NCBI GenBank assembly: GCA_963723565.1
Contig: CAVRRH010000007.1
Span: 92,329-156,328, forward strand
DNA: 64,000 nucleotides
Direction: 5' to 3'
Origin: an uncultured Gemmatimonadales bacterium
GTDB taxonomy: Bacteria; Gemmatimonadota; Gemmatimonadetes; Gemmatimonadales; GWC2-71-9
The position numbers were made by a program, and so were the translations under genes. Under the pieces are notes generated by a model, which made no database searches, was not told the origin of the DNA, and was given only the letters and a program-made list of their open reading frames with translations. Positions 37,759-46,425 of the stretch are shown in pieces (position 1 is the stretch's first letter; the number at the start of each line of letters is the position of its first letter).

Positions 37759-37771
37759 TGTGTGTGGAGCG

Positions 37772-37871
37772 CCATTGGCTATGGGCTATGGGCCATGGGC
37801 TCTTACGGTGAAGTGTTGGCTTCCGGCCCGGGAACTCATCGTGCGAAGGGTAGCCAGCGTAGCCCATAGCC
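37772..37871. repeat. Tandem-unit inverted-repeat element F: heptamers C(T/C)ATGGG x3-4 facing GTAGCC/CCCATAGCC
   Basis: ccattgg ctatggg ctatggg ccatggg c ... gggtagccagcgtagcccatagcc. There is 12-nt complementarity (GGCTATGGGCTA). It lies between the NTase stop and the Rrf2 promoter. Confidence 0.65.
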
Positions 37872-37875
37872 TCCC

Positions 37876-38724
37876 TCACGACTTATCCGCCGCCGTCCAT
37901 CTGGCCACCTCTTCCGCGCTCATGGAGCCGAAGGGACGAATCCGGGCGTCCCGGTACGACCCGCCCAGTACGTCGCCCAGATACTGAGACCAGGAGAGAA
38001 GGGTACCGTAGCAGACCGGATCGGGGGCGTCCGGCTCGGCTAGCTCGGTCTCCAGCCGCTGGAGCAGCTCCCGCATGATCCATGTCGGAACCTTCGACCG
38101 CTCCGATGGAAAGATGAAGCCGAACAGGACGAGGTGGGCCAGGAGCACTCGCCAATGAGGCCCGAACCGCGCCAGGAGCCGTTTCCAGTCCAACCGTTCG
38201 CCGTGGGCAAGGATCAGATGTACCACGTCGGCGCCGTCGAACCGCTCCCGCTCCATGACGAATGCCTTCGACCAGATGGTTTCCTCCGGTGGTGCGATCT
38301 TTACACGAACCCCGAGGACAGTGCCCGGGGTCGCGTGCTCGAACCACCAATCGTCTACCATCGCGATGCCATTTCCGGAGTTGAAGATGACGTCGATGAA
38401 CCCTTCGGGCGAGCGAATCTTGGCCAGCCAGTGGGAGAAGACCAGCTCGGTCTCGTAGCCGGCTGCTGCGCAGGCTTCCAGCAGACGCTGGACGTCACGC
38501 GGACGGGCGAAGAGGTCCAGATCCTTGGTGGACTTGTCGATGCCAGCCTGATGGATGAACGCGAAGGCTCCGCCGACCAGGAACGGGACGCCGGCGCGGT
38601 TCAAGACCTCCATTGCCTCCCGATAGAACAGCCGGGAGGGAGTCTCGAATAATCGACTGCGTCGGCGACAGAGCCATGCCGGCCTCCCCGAGGAGTATGG
38701 TTCATGATATTGATCTTTGAGCAA
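37876..38724 (-). CDS. Uncharacterised nucleotidyltransferase-fold protein
   Basis: 282 aa ORF with minimal NTase motif VGGAFAFIHQAGIDKSTKDLDLF (G[GS]...DxD). Function unknown and start uncertain. Confidence 0.55.
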   Translation of the reverse strand: MLKDQYHEPYSSGRPAWLCRRRSRLFETPSRLFYREAMEVLNRAGVPFLVGGAFAFIHQAGIDKSTKDLDLFARPRDVQRLLEACAAAGYETELVFSHWLAKIRSPEGFIDVIFNSGNGIAMVDDWWFEHATPGTVLGVRVKIAPPEETIWSKAFVMERERFDGADVVHLILAHGERLDWKRLLARFGPHWRVLLAHLVLFGFIFPSERSKVPTWIMRELLQRLETELAEPDAPDPVCYGTLLSWSQYLGDVLGGSYRDARIRPFGSMSAEEVARWTAADKS

Positions 38725-38784
38725 GACGAGGTGTGGCGCACGTCACCGCGTGAGAGTGGATGTCACAGTGAATTGGTCGCAACG

Positions 38785-39753
38785 ATGACGAAAACAACCG
38801 GAACCGTACGCATCGCCGCGGTCGGCGACATCCACCTTGGTGGGAAGGGGTATGACGGCCCACTACAGCTCCTGTTCGGCCAGGTCGCCGAGCACGCCGA
38901 TGTGCTGGCTCTTTGCGGTGACCTGACCGACCGAGGCGACCCGGAAGAGGCTCGGGTCATGGCCAAGGCACTCGGCTCGATTCCGGTGCCGATCGTGGCG
39001 GTACTGGGCAACCATGATTACGAGTCGGGGAAGGAGCGCGAGGTCGCCAGGATCCTCTGTGACGCGGGGGTCCACGTCCTCGATGGCGAGACCCACGAAG
39101 TGCTCGGAATCGGGTTCGCCGGAATTAAGGGGTTTGCCGGAGGGTTCGGGCGGCGGGCGCTTGGCCCCTGGGGTGAGGGACTGATCAAACAGTTTGTGCG
39201 GGAGGCGCTGGACGAGGCTCTGAAGCTCGAGACCGCGCTGGGACAACTGCGGACCGAGCGGCGTGTGGCCCTGCTGCACTACTCGCCTATAGCAGCCACG
39301 GTACAGGGAGAGCCGCTGGAGATCTACCCCTATCTCGGCTCGAGCCGCCTGGAAGAGCCGCTCGGCCGCTATCCGGTGGATGTCGTCTTCCACGGTCATG
39401 CCCATCACGGCTCGCTCGAGGGCCGCACGATGAGCGACGTGCCAGTCTACAACGTCTCGATGGTGTTGTTACAACATAGCTTCCCGAACCGGCCGGCGTT
39501 TCGCGTGGTAGAGCTGCCAGTCGGTCAAGCCGCGCGGCGACCGGGGGGTGACCCCACTCCGGCGCGCTACCGACCGGAGCGCTTGAGGGGAGGAGGTTGC
39601 CTCTCTCCTGGCACACCGGGTTCGGTCATGGCACGAAGGTCCAACACTTCCTCGAGCTCTTCGCCGTCCAAAAGCTTCTTCTTCATGACCAGTTCCCTCA
39701 CGGTGAGCCCGCTGGCAACCGCCTCCTTGGCCAGCTTTGCGGCCTCGGCGTAG
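38785..39753 (+). CDS. Metallophosphoesterase (calcineurin-like); 3' end probably over-extended
   Basis: VRIAAVGDIHLG, LCGDLTDRG, GNHDY, HGHAHHG. The tail overlaps convergent aspA. Skipping one G of the G6 run at 39543..39548 gives a TGA at 39584..39586. Confidence 0.8.
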   Translation: MTKTTGTVRIAAVGDIHLGGKGYDGPLQLLFGQVAEHADVLALCGDLTDRGDPEEARVMAKALGSIPVPIVAVLGNHDYESGKEREVARILCDAGVHVLDGETHEVLGIGFAGIKGFAGGFGRRALGPWGEGLIKQFVREALDEALKLETALGQLRTERRVALLHYSPIAATVQGEPLEIYPYLGSSRLEEPLGRYPVDVVFHGHAHHGSLEGRTMSDVPVYNVSMVLLQHSFPNRPAFRVVELPVGQAARRPGGDPTPARYRPERLRGGGCLSPGTPGSVMARRSNTSSSSSPSKSFFFMTSSLTVSPLATASLASFAASA

Positions 39754-41001
39754 CCGATCTTGGGAGCCAGCGCGGTGACCAGGGCCGGACTCCGCTCCAG
39801 CCAATAGGCGCACTGGGCCTCATCGGCTTCGATGCCGTCCACGCAGCGCTCGGCCAGGACTGCGCTGGCGTTACCCACGATGATGAGCATAAAGACGAGG
39901 TTGTGGGCCATGACCGGCATCATGACATTAAGCTCCAGCTGGCCGGCTTCAGTGGTCAGGGCAACCGTGGTGTCCAGGCCCAGTGCCTGATAGCACACCT
40001 GGTTGACCATTTCCGCAATCGATGGGTTGACCTTTCCTGGCATGATGCTGGAGCCGGGCTGAACCGCGGGGAGCAGGATCTCCGCCAGTCCGGTCCGCGG
40101 CCCCGAGGCAAGCAGTCGGATATCGTTGGCGATCTTGTTCAGGTCCAGCACGTAAGCCCGCACCGCACCGCTGATGGTGGCGAAGTCGCCCATCGACTGC
40201 ATCAGCTGCACCAGGTCCCGCCCTACCCTGAGCTGCAGGCCGCTGATCTGCTGGAGTTGACCCACCATCAACTCGGGGTACCCCGGTTCCGCGTTGATGC
40301 CCGTCCCCACTGCCGTGCCGCCGATGTTCATCTCCCTCAGCCAATCGGCGGCCTCGGCAATCTTTTTTCCATGGCGCTCGACGGTGTGACCGTAGGCGGT
40401 GAACTCCTGGCCCAGCCGGATCGGCGTGGCGTCCTGAAGATGGGTGCGTCCCGATTTCACGATCGCGTCGAATTGCACCCCCTTGGCCAGCAACGAGGCC
40501 GCCAATCGGTCGAGCGCGGCGAGCGTCTGAGGCAATGTAGCCAGCGTGGCCAGCCGCATCGCCGTGGGAATCACGTCGTTGGTACTCTGCGCCATGTTGA
40601 CGTGATCGTTGGGGTGCACCGGCCGGTAGCGTGCCTCGGGCGGAACCGAGGATCTCGTTCGCCCGGTTCGCGAGCACCTCATTACAGTTCATGTTATGGC
40701 TGGTACCCGCACCCGAATGATAGACGTCCACGATGAACTGGTCCCGGTGCTGGCCGGTAAGAATCTCATCGGCCGCCTGCACGATGGCGTCGGCCAGGCG
40801 AGGCTCGAGTCGGCCGGTCTGCTTGTGCACCAGAGCCGCGGAGCGCTTGATCCACACGACGGCATCGACGAATGCTGGAAGTGGGCGAAGTCCCGAGATC
40901 GGGAAGTTCTCGGCTGCGCGTAGGGTCTGGATCCCGTATAGCGCGGACGCGGGAACGGCCTTCTCGCCCAGCGGGTCGCGTTCGATACGCGTGTCAGTCA
41001 T
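39567..41001 (-). CDS. aspA: Aspartate ammonia-lyase; one frame break near 40632
   Basis: IERDPLGEKAVPASALYGIQTLRAAENFPISG, DQFIVDVYHSGAGTSHNMNCNEVLAN, HPNDHVNMAQSTND, GSSIMPGKVNP. Skipping the T at 40632 gives ILGSARGRYRPVHPNDHV, which aligns with E. coli AspA GHQKGEYQYLNPNDHV (from memory). Confidence 0.85.
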
Positions 41002-41036
41002 GGCAGCGCCGCTGGTTTAGTATGAGCAAAAGCATT

Positions 41037-41151
41037 AGCCACGGATTACACGGATGAGAACGGATCCAATCGTGATGGAGCATGCTGCTCGATCTACCCC
41101 ACAGCTTTGTTGTGTTGTTTGATCCGTGTGCATCTGTGTTCATCCGTGGCT
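41037..41151. repeat. Tandem-unit inverted-repeat element H: CACGGAT(NN) x3 facing ATCCGTG-type units x3, 54-nt spacer
   Basis: The left arm is agccacggattacacggatgagaacggatc and the right arm is gatccgtgtgcatctgtgttcatccgtggct. About 24 of 30 positions are complementary. It lies in the aspA/cupin divergent intergenic region. Confidence 0.75.
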
Positions 41152-41183
41152 TTCAGTTCCTGGCCATTACCATAGGGACTCGA

Positions 41184-41582
41184 GTGAGCGATAATTTCCA
41201 ATCGATTCACGCGGCTGCCAGGTTCAGCGCGGAGAAGGCGGCCAAGGCCGACCTCTTCGTGGGCCGCCAGCTCTTCGTGGGACTGAACTGTTTCGAGCCC
41301 GGACAGTCACAAAAGGTTCATGTGCACGCAGGGGCGGACAAATTTTATCTGGTCGTGACGGGAAAGGCGAGGATGACCGTGGGGGAGGAAACCCGAGAAG
41401 TCGGACCAGGCACGGTGGTATGGGCCCCGGCCGATCTACCCCATGGCGTTGCGCAGGCGCTGGAACGAACCGTCATGCTGGTGGCGATCGCGCCGCCACC
41501 CGCCGCAGTCACGCATCCGGCTGCTCGCGTGAGCGGCGCCGCTTTCCCGCTTACCACCTTCCGCAGGGCAGGCCACCCATAG
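41184..41582 (+). CDS. Cupin-2 domain protein; both ends uncertain
   Basis: GQSQKVHVHAGADKFYLVVTGKARMTVGEETREVGPGTVVWAPADLPHG. The ORF-track start at 41082 lies inside repeat H, so I prefer the GTG at 41184. Confidence 0.6.
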   Translation: MSDNFQSIHAAARFSAEKAAKADLFVGRQLFVGLNCFEPGQSQKVHVHAGADKFYLVVTGKARMTVGEETREVGPGTVVWAPADLPHGVAQALERTVMLVAIAPPPAAVTHPAARVSGAAFPLTTFRRAGHP

Positions 41583-42394
41583 ATGCTCAGCGCCAGCCAA
41601 ACGCCGAGCAGCACTCCCAGCCCGTTGGTATAGAAGCGCCACGCGAGGAGAATCCATCCTTGACCCTCGCCCAGCTCTCCCGCCGCGCCACCCAGGAAGC
41701 CGAGCTCGACGACCCCAGCGCCCGAGGGGGTCGGAAGCACCATCTGGCTATACAAAAGGGCAAAGGATCCGAAGATGACGGGCCCCAGCGGCGGCGGGCT
41801 CGGCAGCGTGAGGACGAGCACGGGAAGGATCGCGATGCGGGTGGCAATCGGGATGATGCTCAAGGGCAGACTCGCCACCAGCGGCCATCGCGGCATCCGT
41901 CGCAGGTAGACCAGCACCCGACGCATCGGTCGGCGCAGACGCCGGCTCGCCGGAGAAACGGCACGCTGGGTGTACCGCCAGAGGAGGACGCCGGCTATCA
42001 GTACGAGCACGAGCCAGGGCCAGGCGCGCGAGGCGCCGGCCCGGAGGCTTGGTCCCGCCGTTTCCCACCAGGCCGGCGCGTACTGCCAGATCAGCAGTGC
42101 CGCAACGGCCATGAGGACCAGCCGTGAGATCACCGCTTCAAGGGTGATTCCCACCAGGGCGGCGGTCAGGCGCACCCCGCTTCGCAACATACCGGCGACT
42201 CGCGCGGGCTCTCCGCCCAGCCGCATCGGGGTGAGGGCATTCGCCGCATCACCGAAGGCGTTGACCACGAAGGCGTCGCGCAGCCGCAGGGGAGACCCCA
42301 GACCCCGCATGATCCACTGAATCCGCCAGCCGCGTACGAGGAAATCCAGGACCACCAGGCCGAAACAGATGGCATGAGCCGCTAGGGGACTCAT
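41345..42394 (-). CDS. Integral membrane protein, lysylphosphatidylglycerol-synthase-TM/UPF0104-like; 3' end probably over-extended
   Basis: 349 aa ORF with about 8 hydrophobic segments. The motif NAFGDAANALTPMRLGGEPARV is typical of the flippase-like family that accompanies glycosyltransferases. The last 70 or so codons overlap the cupin gene. Confidence 0.55.
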   Translation of the reverse strand: MSPLAAHAICFGLVVLDFLVRGWRIQWIMRGLGSPLRLRDAFVVNAFGDAANALTPMRLGGEPARVAGMLRSGVRLTAALVGITLEAVISRLVLMAVAALLIWQYAPAWWETAGPSLRAGASRAWPWLVLVLIAGVLLWRYTQRAVSPASRRLRRPMRRVLVYLRRMPRWPLVASLPLSIIPIATRIAILPVLVLTLPSPPPLGPVIFGSFALLYSQMVLPTPSGAGVVELGFLGGAAGELGEGQGWILLAWRFYTNGLGVLLGVWLALSIYGWPALRKVVSGKAAPLTRAAGCVTAAGGGAIATSMTVRSSACATPWGRSAGAHTTVPGPTSRVSSPTVILAFPVTTR

Positions 42395-43491
42395 GTGGCT
42401 AGCACGCCGCGGTACACCGAGAAGAGACGATCAAAGACGGTGTTCCAGCTGTGATGGGACTCGGCATACCGCCGGGCCAGTACTCCCAGATTCGGAAGGT
42501 CCGCACCCAGGAGCCGCTCCGCTACTTCCGCCAGGTGATCGGCATCGCCCGATGCGTACAGCATGCCGGCTCCGGAGCGGGTCACAGTCTCGGCGACACC
42601 GCCCTGGTCGACGGAAAGCACCGGATTGCCGCTGGCAAGCGCTTCGACCGCGGCGAGCCCGAACGTCTCCGCCGGGCCCGGCGCCACCGCCAAATCCACA
42701 GCGGCGTACAGATCAGCCAGCTGATCCCGATCGCGCTGGAACGGCAGCCAGATAGCGCGGTCTCCTCCAGGGGCCTCCAGCAGCGCCAACCGGGCCGGGC
42801 CGTCACCCACTATCACCAGCCGAACGCCGGTGCGCCGCTCAACCCGGGGCCAGGCTGCCAGCACCACGTCGAGGTCCTTCTCTCCGGCGATTCGTCCGAC
42901 GTACATGGCGAGGCGGCCGGCCGGGAGACCAAAGCGTCGCCGGGTCTCGGCGGCGTAACTCCGCCGGACAGGATTGAAGCGCTCCAGGTCCACGCCCAGA
43001 GGAACGCAGACCACGTTTTCGAGCCCGGCTTTCCGCAGCTCCCTGACAACCGTTTCGGATGGAGCGATGGTGGTGTGAACCAGCCGGCCGAGACGGCGGA
43101 CGTACCCCCACGCGGCTGCGCTGGCACCGCGACGCAGCCAGCCCGCCGACTGGGGCCGAGGTGCGATGATGCGGGGAAAGTTGCTGTGATAGAACCAGAT
43201 GGTTGGCACGTCGATCCGCCGGGTAGCCAGGCGAATCAGCCAGGGCGCGCACCACGCGCTGCCCACCTCGATCAGGTCGGGACGCTCGTGGGCGACGATC
43301 CGGCTGGTGGACTCCGTGGCCAGCATGAAACGGTACGGCTTCTGGGTGGGAATCGGCGGCCCATGAAGCCGATAGCAACGTACGCCGCCACCCTCGAGGA
43401 TCTGGTCTTCTGCCCCAGGTACGACCAGCACCTGCCGGAGCAGGGGGTTCCGCTGGACGTAGCGGACCTTTTCCAGGAGGTAGGTCCGCAC
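42391..43491 (-). CDS. Glycosyltransferase family 4 (GT-B); true start upstream of the listed GTG
   Basis: EKDLDVVLAAW...LVIVGDGP...ETFGLAAVEALASGNPVL. The frame stays open upstream and reads LSILDISEFFGETTGGV (the typical GT4 N-terminus), but there is no ATG/GTG/TTG there. Confidence 0.8.
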   Translation of the reverse strand: MRTYLLEKVRYVQRNPLLRQVLVVPGAEDQILEGGGVRCYRLHGPPIPTQKPYRFMLATESTSRIVAHERPDLIEVGSAWCAPWLIRLATRRIDVPTIWFYHSNFPRIIAPRPQSAGWLRRGASAAAWGYVRRLGRLVHTTIAPSETVVRELRKAGLENVVCVPLGVDLERFNPVRRSYAAETRRRFGLPAGRLAMYVGRIAGEKDLDVVLAAWPRVERRTGVRLVIVGDGPARLALLEAPGGDRAIWLPFQRDRDQLADLYAAVDLAVAPGPAETFGLAAVEALASGNPVLSVDQGGVAETVTRSGAGMLYASGDADHLAEVAERLLGADLPNLGVLARRYAESHHSWNTVFDRLFSVYRGVLAT

Positions 43492-43690
43492 TCCCCCGGT
43501 GGTCTCACCGAAGAACTCGGAGATGTCGAGGATGCTGAGGTTGGCCGCCGGACGGAGACGAGTGGGCAGCTCCGAACGGGATATGTCGAGCGCTCCGGCC
43601 TGGGGGACGCTCAGAGGCTGGAGATCGAGAATGGCAGGCGCGGAATCAGTCAGAGCAGTCCCCGAGCGGGTAGAACGTTCCGCAGTTGCC

Positions 43691-43837
43691 GCAGCGGTAC
43701 AGCGGGACAGCGGGGACGGCGGGTCAAGCGGGACGGCGGGTCAACTGGTCAGCATGCCCGCCGGGGATTCAGTTGTGCCGGGAAGACCACGTTCCCGCAT
43801 GGCCTGCCCCGCTGTCCCGCTGTCCCGCTGTCCCGCC
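43691..43837. repeat. Tandem-unit inverted-repeat element B: CGGG(A/G/T)(C)NNG units x5 facing CTG(C/T)CCCG x4, about 50-nt spacer
   Basis: The left arm is cagcggtacagcgggacagcggggacggcgggtcaagcgggacggcgggtcaactggtcagc. The right arm is ctgccccgctgtcccgctgtcccgctgtcccgcc and ends at the MBL stop codon. Confidence 0.8.
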
Positions 43838-44486
43838 CTACCCAAGCCGGTACGCCCCGGTCAGGAAAGGATTGGTGAGCCGCTCGATGCCGATGGTCGT
43901 GTCCGGACCATGCCCGCTGTGAACGACCGTCGAGTCGGGCAACGAGAGCAGTTGGGACTGGATGCTTGCCATGAGGGTAGCCGCGTCGCCACCGGGCAGG
44001 TCGGTCCGGCCTACCGACCCGTTGAACAGCACGTCGCCGCCGAAGACCATACCCTCACCCACGAAAGCCGACGCTGCCAGGCGAATGCCCGGGGGTGAAC
44101 CGCACCGTGAACTCGAAGCTCCCTACCTTGAGAACCTGACCGGGCTGTAGCTCCCGGTCCGGAGCCGGAGGCCTCTCCAACTGCATGCCGACCCAGCCGC
44201 CATACTGAGGCAGGGCGTCGTAGATGGGACGGTCGAGCGGATGAAGGTGAATCGGCACCCCGGTGGCGGCGTGCACCGCCCCCACACCGATGATGTGATC
44301 GATATGTGCGTGGGTGAGCCAGATGGCTCGCAGCGACCAGGCGCGGCTGTCCAGCTCGGCGAGAAACATCGCCGGCTCCTCGCCCGGATCGATGATTACC
44401 GCCTCCCGGGTGCGGCGATCGGCGACCAGGTAACAGTTCTCCGCAAACTGACCGTTGGGCAGCGATACGACTTCCAGGTCAGACAC
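43838..44486 (-). CDS. MBL-fold hydrolase (GloB/hydroxyacylglutathione hydrolase-like); one frame break at the A run 44064..44066
   Basis: WLTHAHIDHIIG, TPGHSPGSVGF / VGEGMVFGGDVLFNGSVGRTDLPGG, HSGHG. Confidence 0.82.
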
Positions 44487-45447
44487 CGACCTGGGCCTTC
44501 GATTCGAGCCGGCTCTTGCGATCGGTCAAATACTTCTCGGCGGCGATCGCCGCTGTAGTGGCATCACCGACGGCGGTCGTGATCTGCCGGGTGAGCTGAG
44601 CCCTGACGTCCCCGGCTGCGAAGAGGCCGGGAATGGAGGTCATCATTCGATCATCGGTGATCAGGTAGCCGTTAGGATCGTGCTCGGCATGCTGCTTGAC
44701 CAGTCCAGTATTGGGCTGGAAGCCGATGAAGACGAACGCCCCGGTCGCGTCGAGCACCTGCTCCGCTCCGGTTACCGTGTCCACCAGCTCGATCCAGCGC
44801 AGACCCTGTGGGCCACCTATGAACTCACGCACCCGCTTATTCCAGATCACCTCGATCTTGGGGTTGGAAAAGAGCCGCTCCTGCAGAATCTTGGACGCGC
44901 GGAACTGATCTCGACGGTGAATGACATACACTTTCTCGGCATAGCGGGTCAGGTAGTCCGCCTCTTCTACCGCGGCGTCGCCCCCGCCGATCACCGCGAC
45001 GGTCTCCCCCTTGAAGAAGGCGCCGTCGCAGACGGCACAGTACGAAACACCCCGGCCGGCATACTCCAGCTCGCCTGGAACATTGAGCTTTGTCGGAGTT
45101 CCGCCGGCAGTGAGGATGACGGTCGGCGCTTCATAGACCTTCCCCATGGCGGTGGCGACCTCGAAGATCCCGTCGTCTCGCCGGACGATCGCCTCCACCG
45201 CGTCCTGCCGGATATCGGCGCCGAACTTGACGGCGTGAGCGGTCATCAAGTCGGCCAGCTGGCGCCCTAGAACGTGTTCGAAACCAGGGTAGTCGTCGAT
45301 CCACTCGGTGTTGAGTAGCTCACCTCCGGGGACTCCCCGCTCCAGGAGGACCGAACGCAGCAAACCCCGCCCCGAATACATGGCGGCGCAGAGACCCGCC
45401 GGTCCACCGCCCACGATGATGACATCCAACTCCTCGCTACGGATCAT
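44479..45447 (-). CDS. trxB: Thioredoxin-disulfide reductase
   Basis: Intact 322 aa ORF: VIIVGGGPAGL, redox centre CAVCDG, GGGDAAVEEA, GLFAAGDV. Confidence 0.95.
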   Translation of the reverse strand: MIRSEELDVIIVGGGPAGLCAAMYSGRGLLRSVLLERGVPGGELLNTEWIDDYPGFEHVLGRQLADLMTAHAVKFGADIRQDAVEAIVRRDDGIFEVATAMGKVYEAPTVILTAGGTPTKLNVPGELEYAGRGVSYCAVCDGAFFKGETVAVIGGGDAAVEEADYLTRYAEKVYVIHRRDQFRASKILQERLFSNPKIEVIWNKRVREFIGGPQGLRWIELVDTVTGAEQVLDATGAFVFIGFQPNTGLVKQHAEHDPNGYLITDDRMMTSIPGLFAAGDVRAQLTRQITTAVGDATTAAIAAEKYLTDRKSRLESKAQVGV

Positions 45448-45520
45448 ATCTTCCCCAAGTGAGCGTCATGCAACTCTCGCAGTCACAAATATAGAACGTC
45501 CGGGTGTTCCCGCACGTTCC

Positions 45521-45663
45521 GGGCTATCGGCTATTGGCTAGTTGTTATCCTGAGAGCCTGCCCCGGAGTGCGAGAGTATCTCAGCCCCGATTGGCTTGAG
45601 ATCCTTCGCTTCGCTCAGGATGACAGTCCCTCCAGTAGCCGATTGCCCACAGTCAATAGCCAC
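45521..45663. repeat. Tandem-unit inverted-repeat element G: GCTAT(C/T)G units facing CAATAGC/GTAGCCG units, around an inner hairpin ATCCTGAG...CTCAGGAT
   Basis: The sequence reads gggctatcggctattggctagttg ... ttatcctgag(56 nt)ctcaggatgacag ... cagtagccgattgcccacagtcaatagccac. It lies between the stop of gene 45664..46425 and the trxB upstream region. Confidence 0.7.
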
Positions 45664-46425
45664 CTACCCTAAATGCAGCAGACTCGCCGCCCCGTGACAG
45701 CTCGACACCGTGCCGACCAGCACGTCCACCGGTGACCGCGCCCGGCCCGCACTCTCTACCACTGCATCGCCCGCTAGAACGGCACTCACATCGAACATCC
45801 CGACACCAAACACCCTGTGCTCACAGACGAAGAGCACGGGACCGGCAGTTGGGTGGGCGTCGCTTAACCTGCGGGCCAGGCCCTCCATCGCATCCGCCAT
45901 CTCCCAGGTGCGGGGAGCCCGGATGACCGGGCATATGGCGGGCTCGATGCAGTGGGTGGGGCAGGTCCAGTCCGCAAAGGAGATGTAGCGCGTGCCATCC
46001 GGGGCACTCGTGTCATAGGGCGTGCCCGGCCCCATTGGAACAGGTCGCGTTTCTACGAGACGGCCCGGCCACCGATCACGGGCACGGCGGACCAGCCACT
46101 CGTACATGAGGTGCGGCATGAGAGGAGATGGGACGATGGCGTCGGGAGGGGCACCCGAAGGAGATGGCGAGGCGCCGCCGAGGTAGGCGTCGAAGAAATC
46201 ACCCCATTCCCGGGTCACCAGTTGGCGGGTGTCGTCTTCTCCCAGCTCGCGAGCAACCTGACAGGCCGGGTTGCGGTCCACGATCAGCAGCCTGCGGTAG
46301 GCCGCCCTGCCGCGGGCCCGAGCGCGCTCGAGCTGGCCGGCGTAGAAGCTGCCGTAGCAACCTCCGCCGACGATCACGACATCGCGGAAGCGGATGCTAT
46401 CGGATGAGTCGTCCACCGTCGACAA
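45664..46425 (-). CDS. Uncharacterised Rossmann-fold (GGGxYG) protein with a Cys cluster
   Basis: 253 aa ORF: VVIVGGGCYGSFYAGQL, and later WTCPTHCIEPAICPV. No family recognised. Confidence 0.5.
   Translation of the reverse strand: MSTVDDSSDSIRFRDVVIVGGGCYGSFYAGQLERARARGRAAYRRLLIVDRNPACQVARELGEDDTRQLVTREWGDFFDAYLGGASPSPSGAPPDAIVPSPLMPHLMYEWLVRRARDRWPGRLVETRPVPMGPGTPYDTSAPDGTRYISFADWTCPTHCIEPAICPVIRAPRTWEMADAMEGLARRLSDAHPTAGPVLFVCEHRVFGVGMFDVSAVLAGDAVVESAGRARSPVDVLVGTVSSCHGAASLLHLG

Noticed and set aside
39567-39753. About 190-nt convergent overlap of the metallophosphoesterase and aspA (and about 240 nt for cupin versus UPF0104 at 41345..41582) as possible antisense regulation
   Set aside because: Most likely these are 3' over-extensions. 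A G6 run at 39543..39548 is a plausible insertion site, and correcting it gives a stop at 39584..39586. The cupin/UPF0104 ends could not be resolved, but the overlapping tails have low-complexity, non-conserved-looking sequence.
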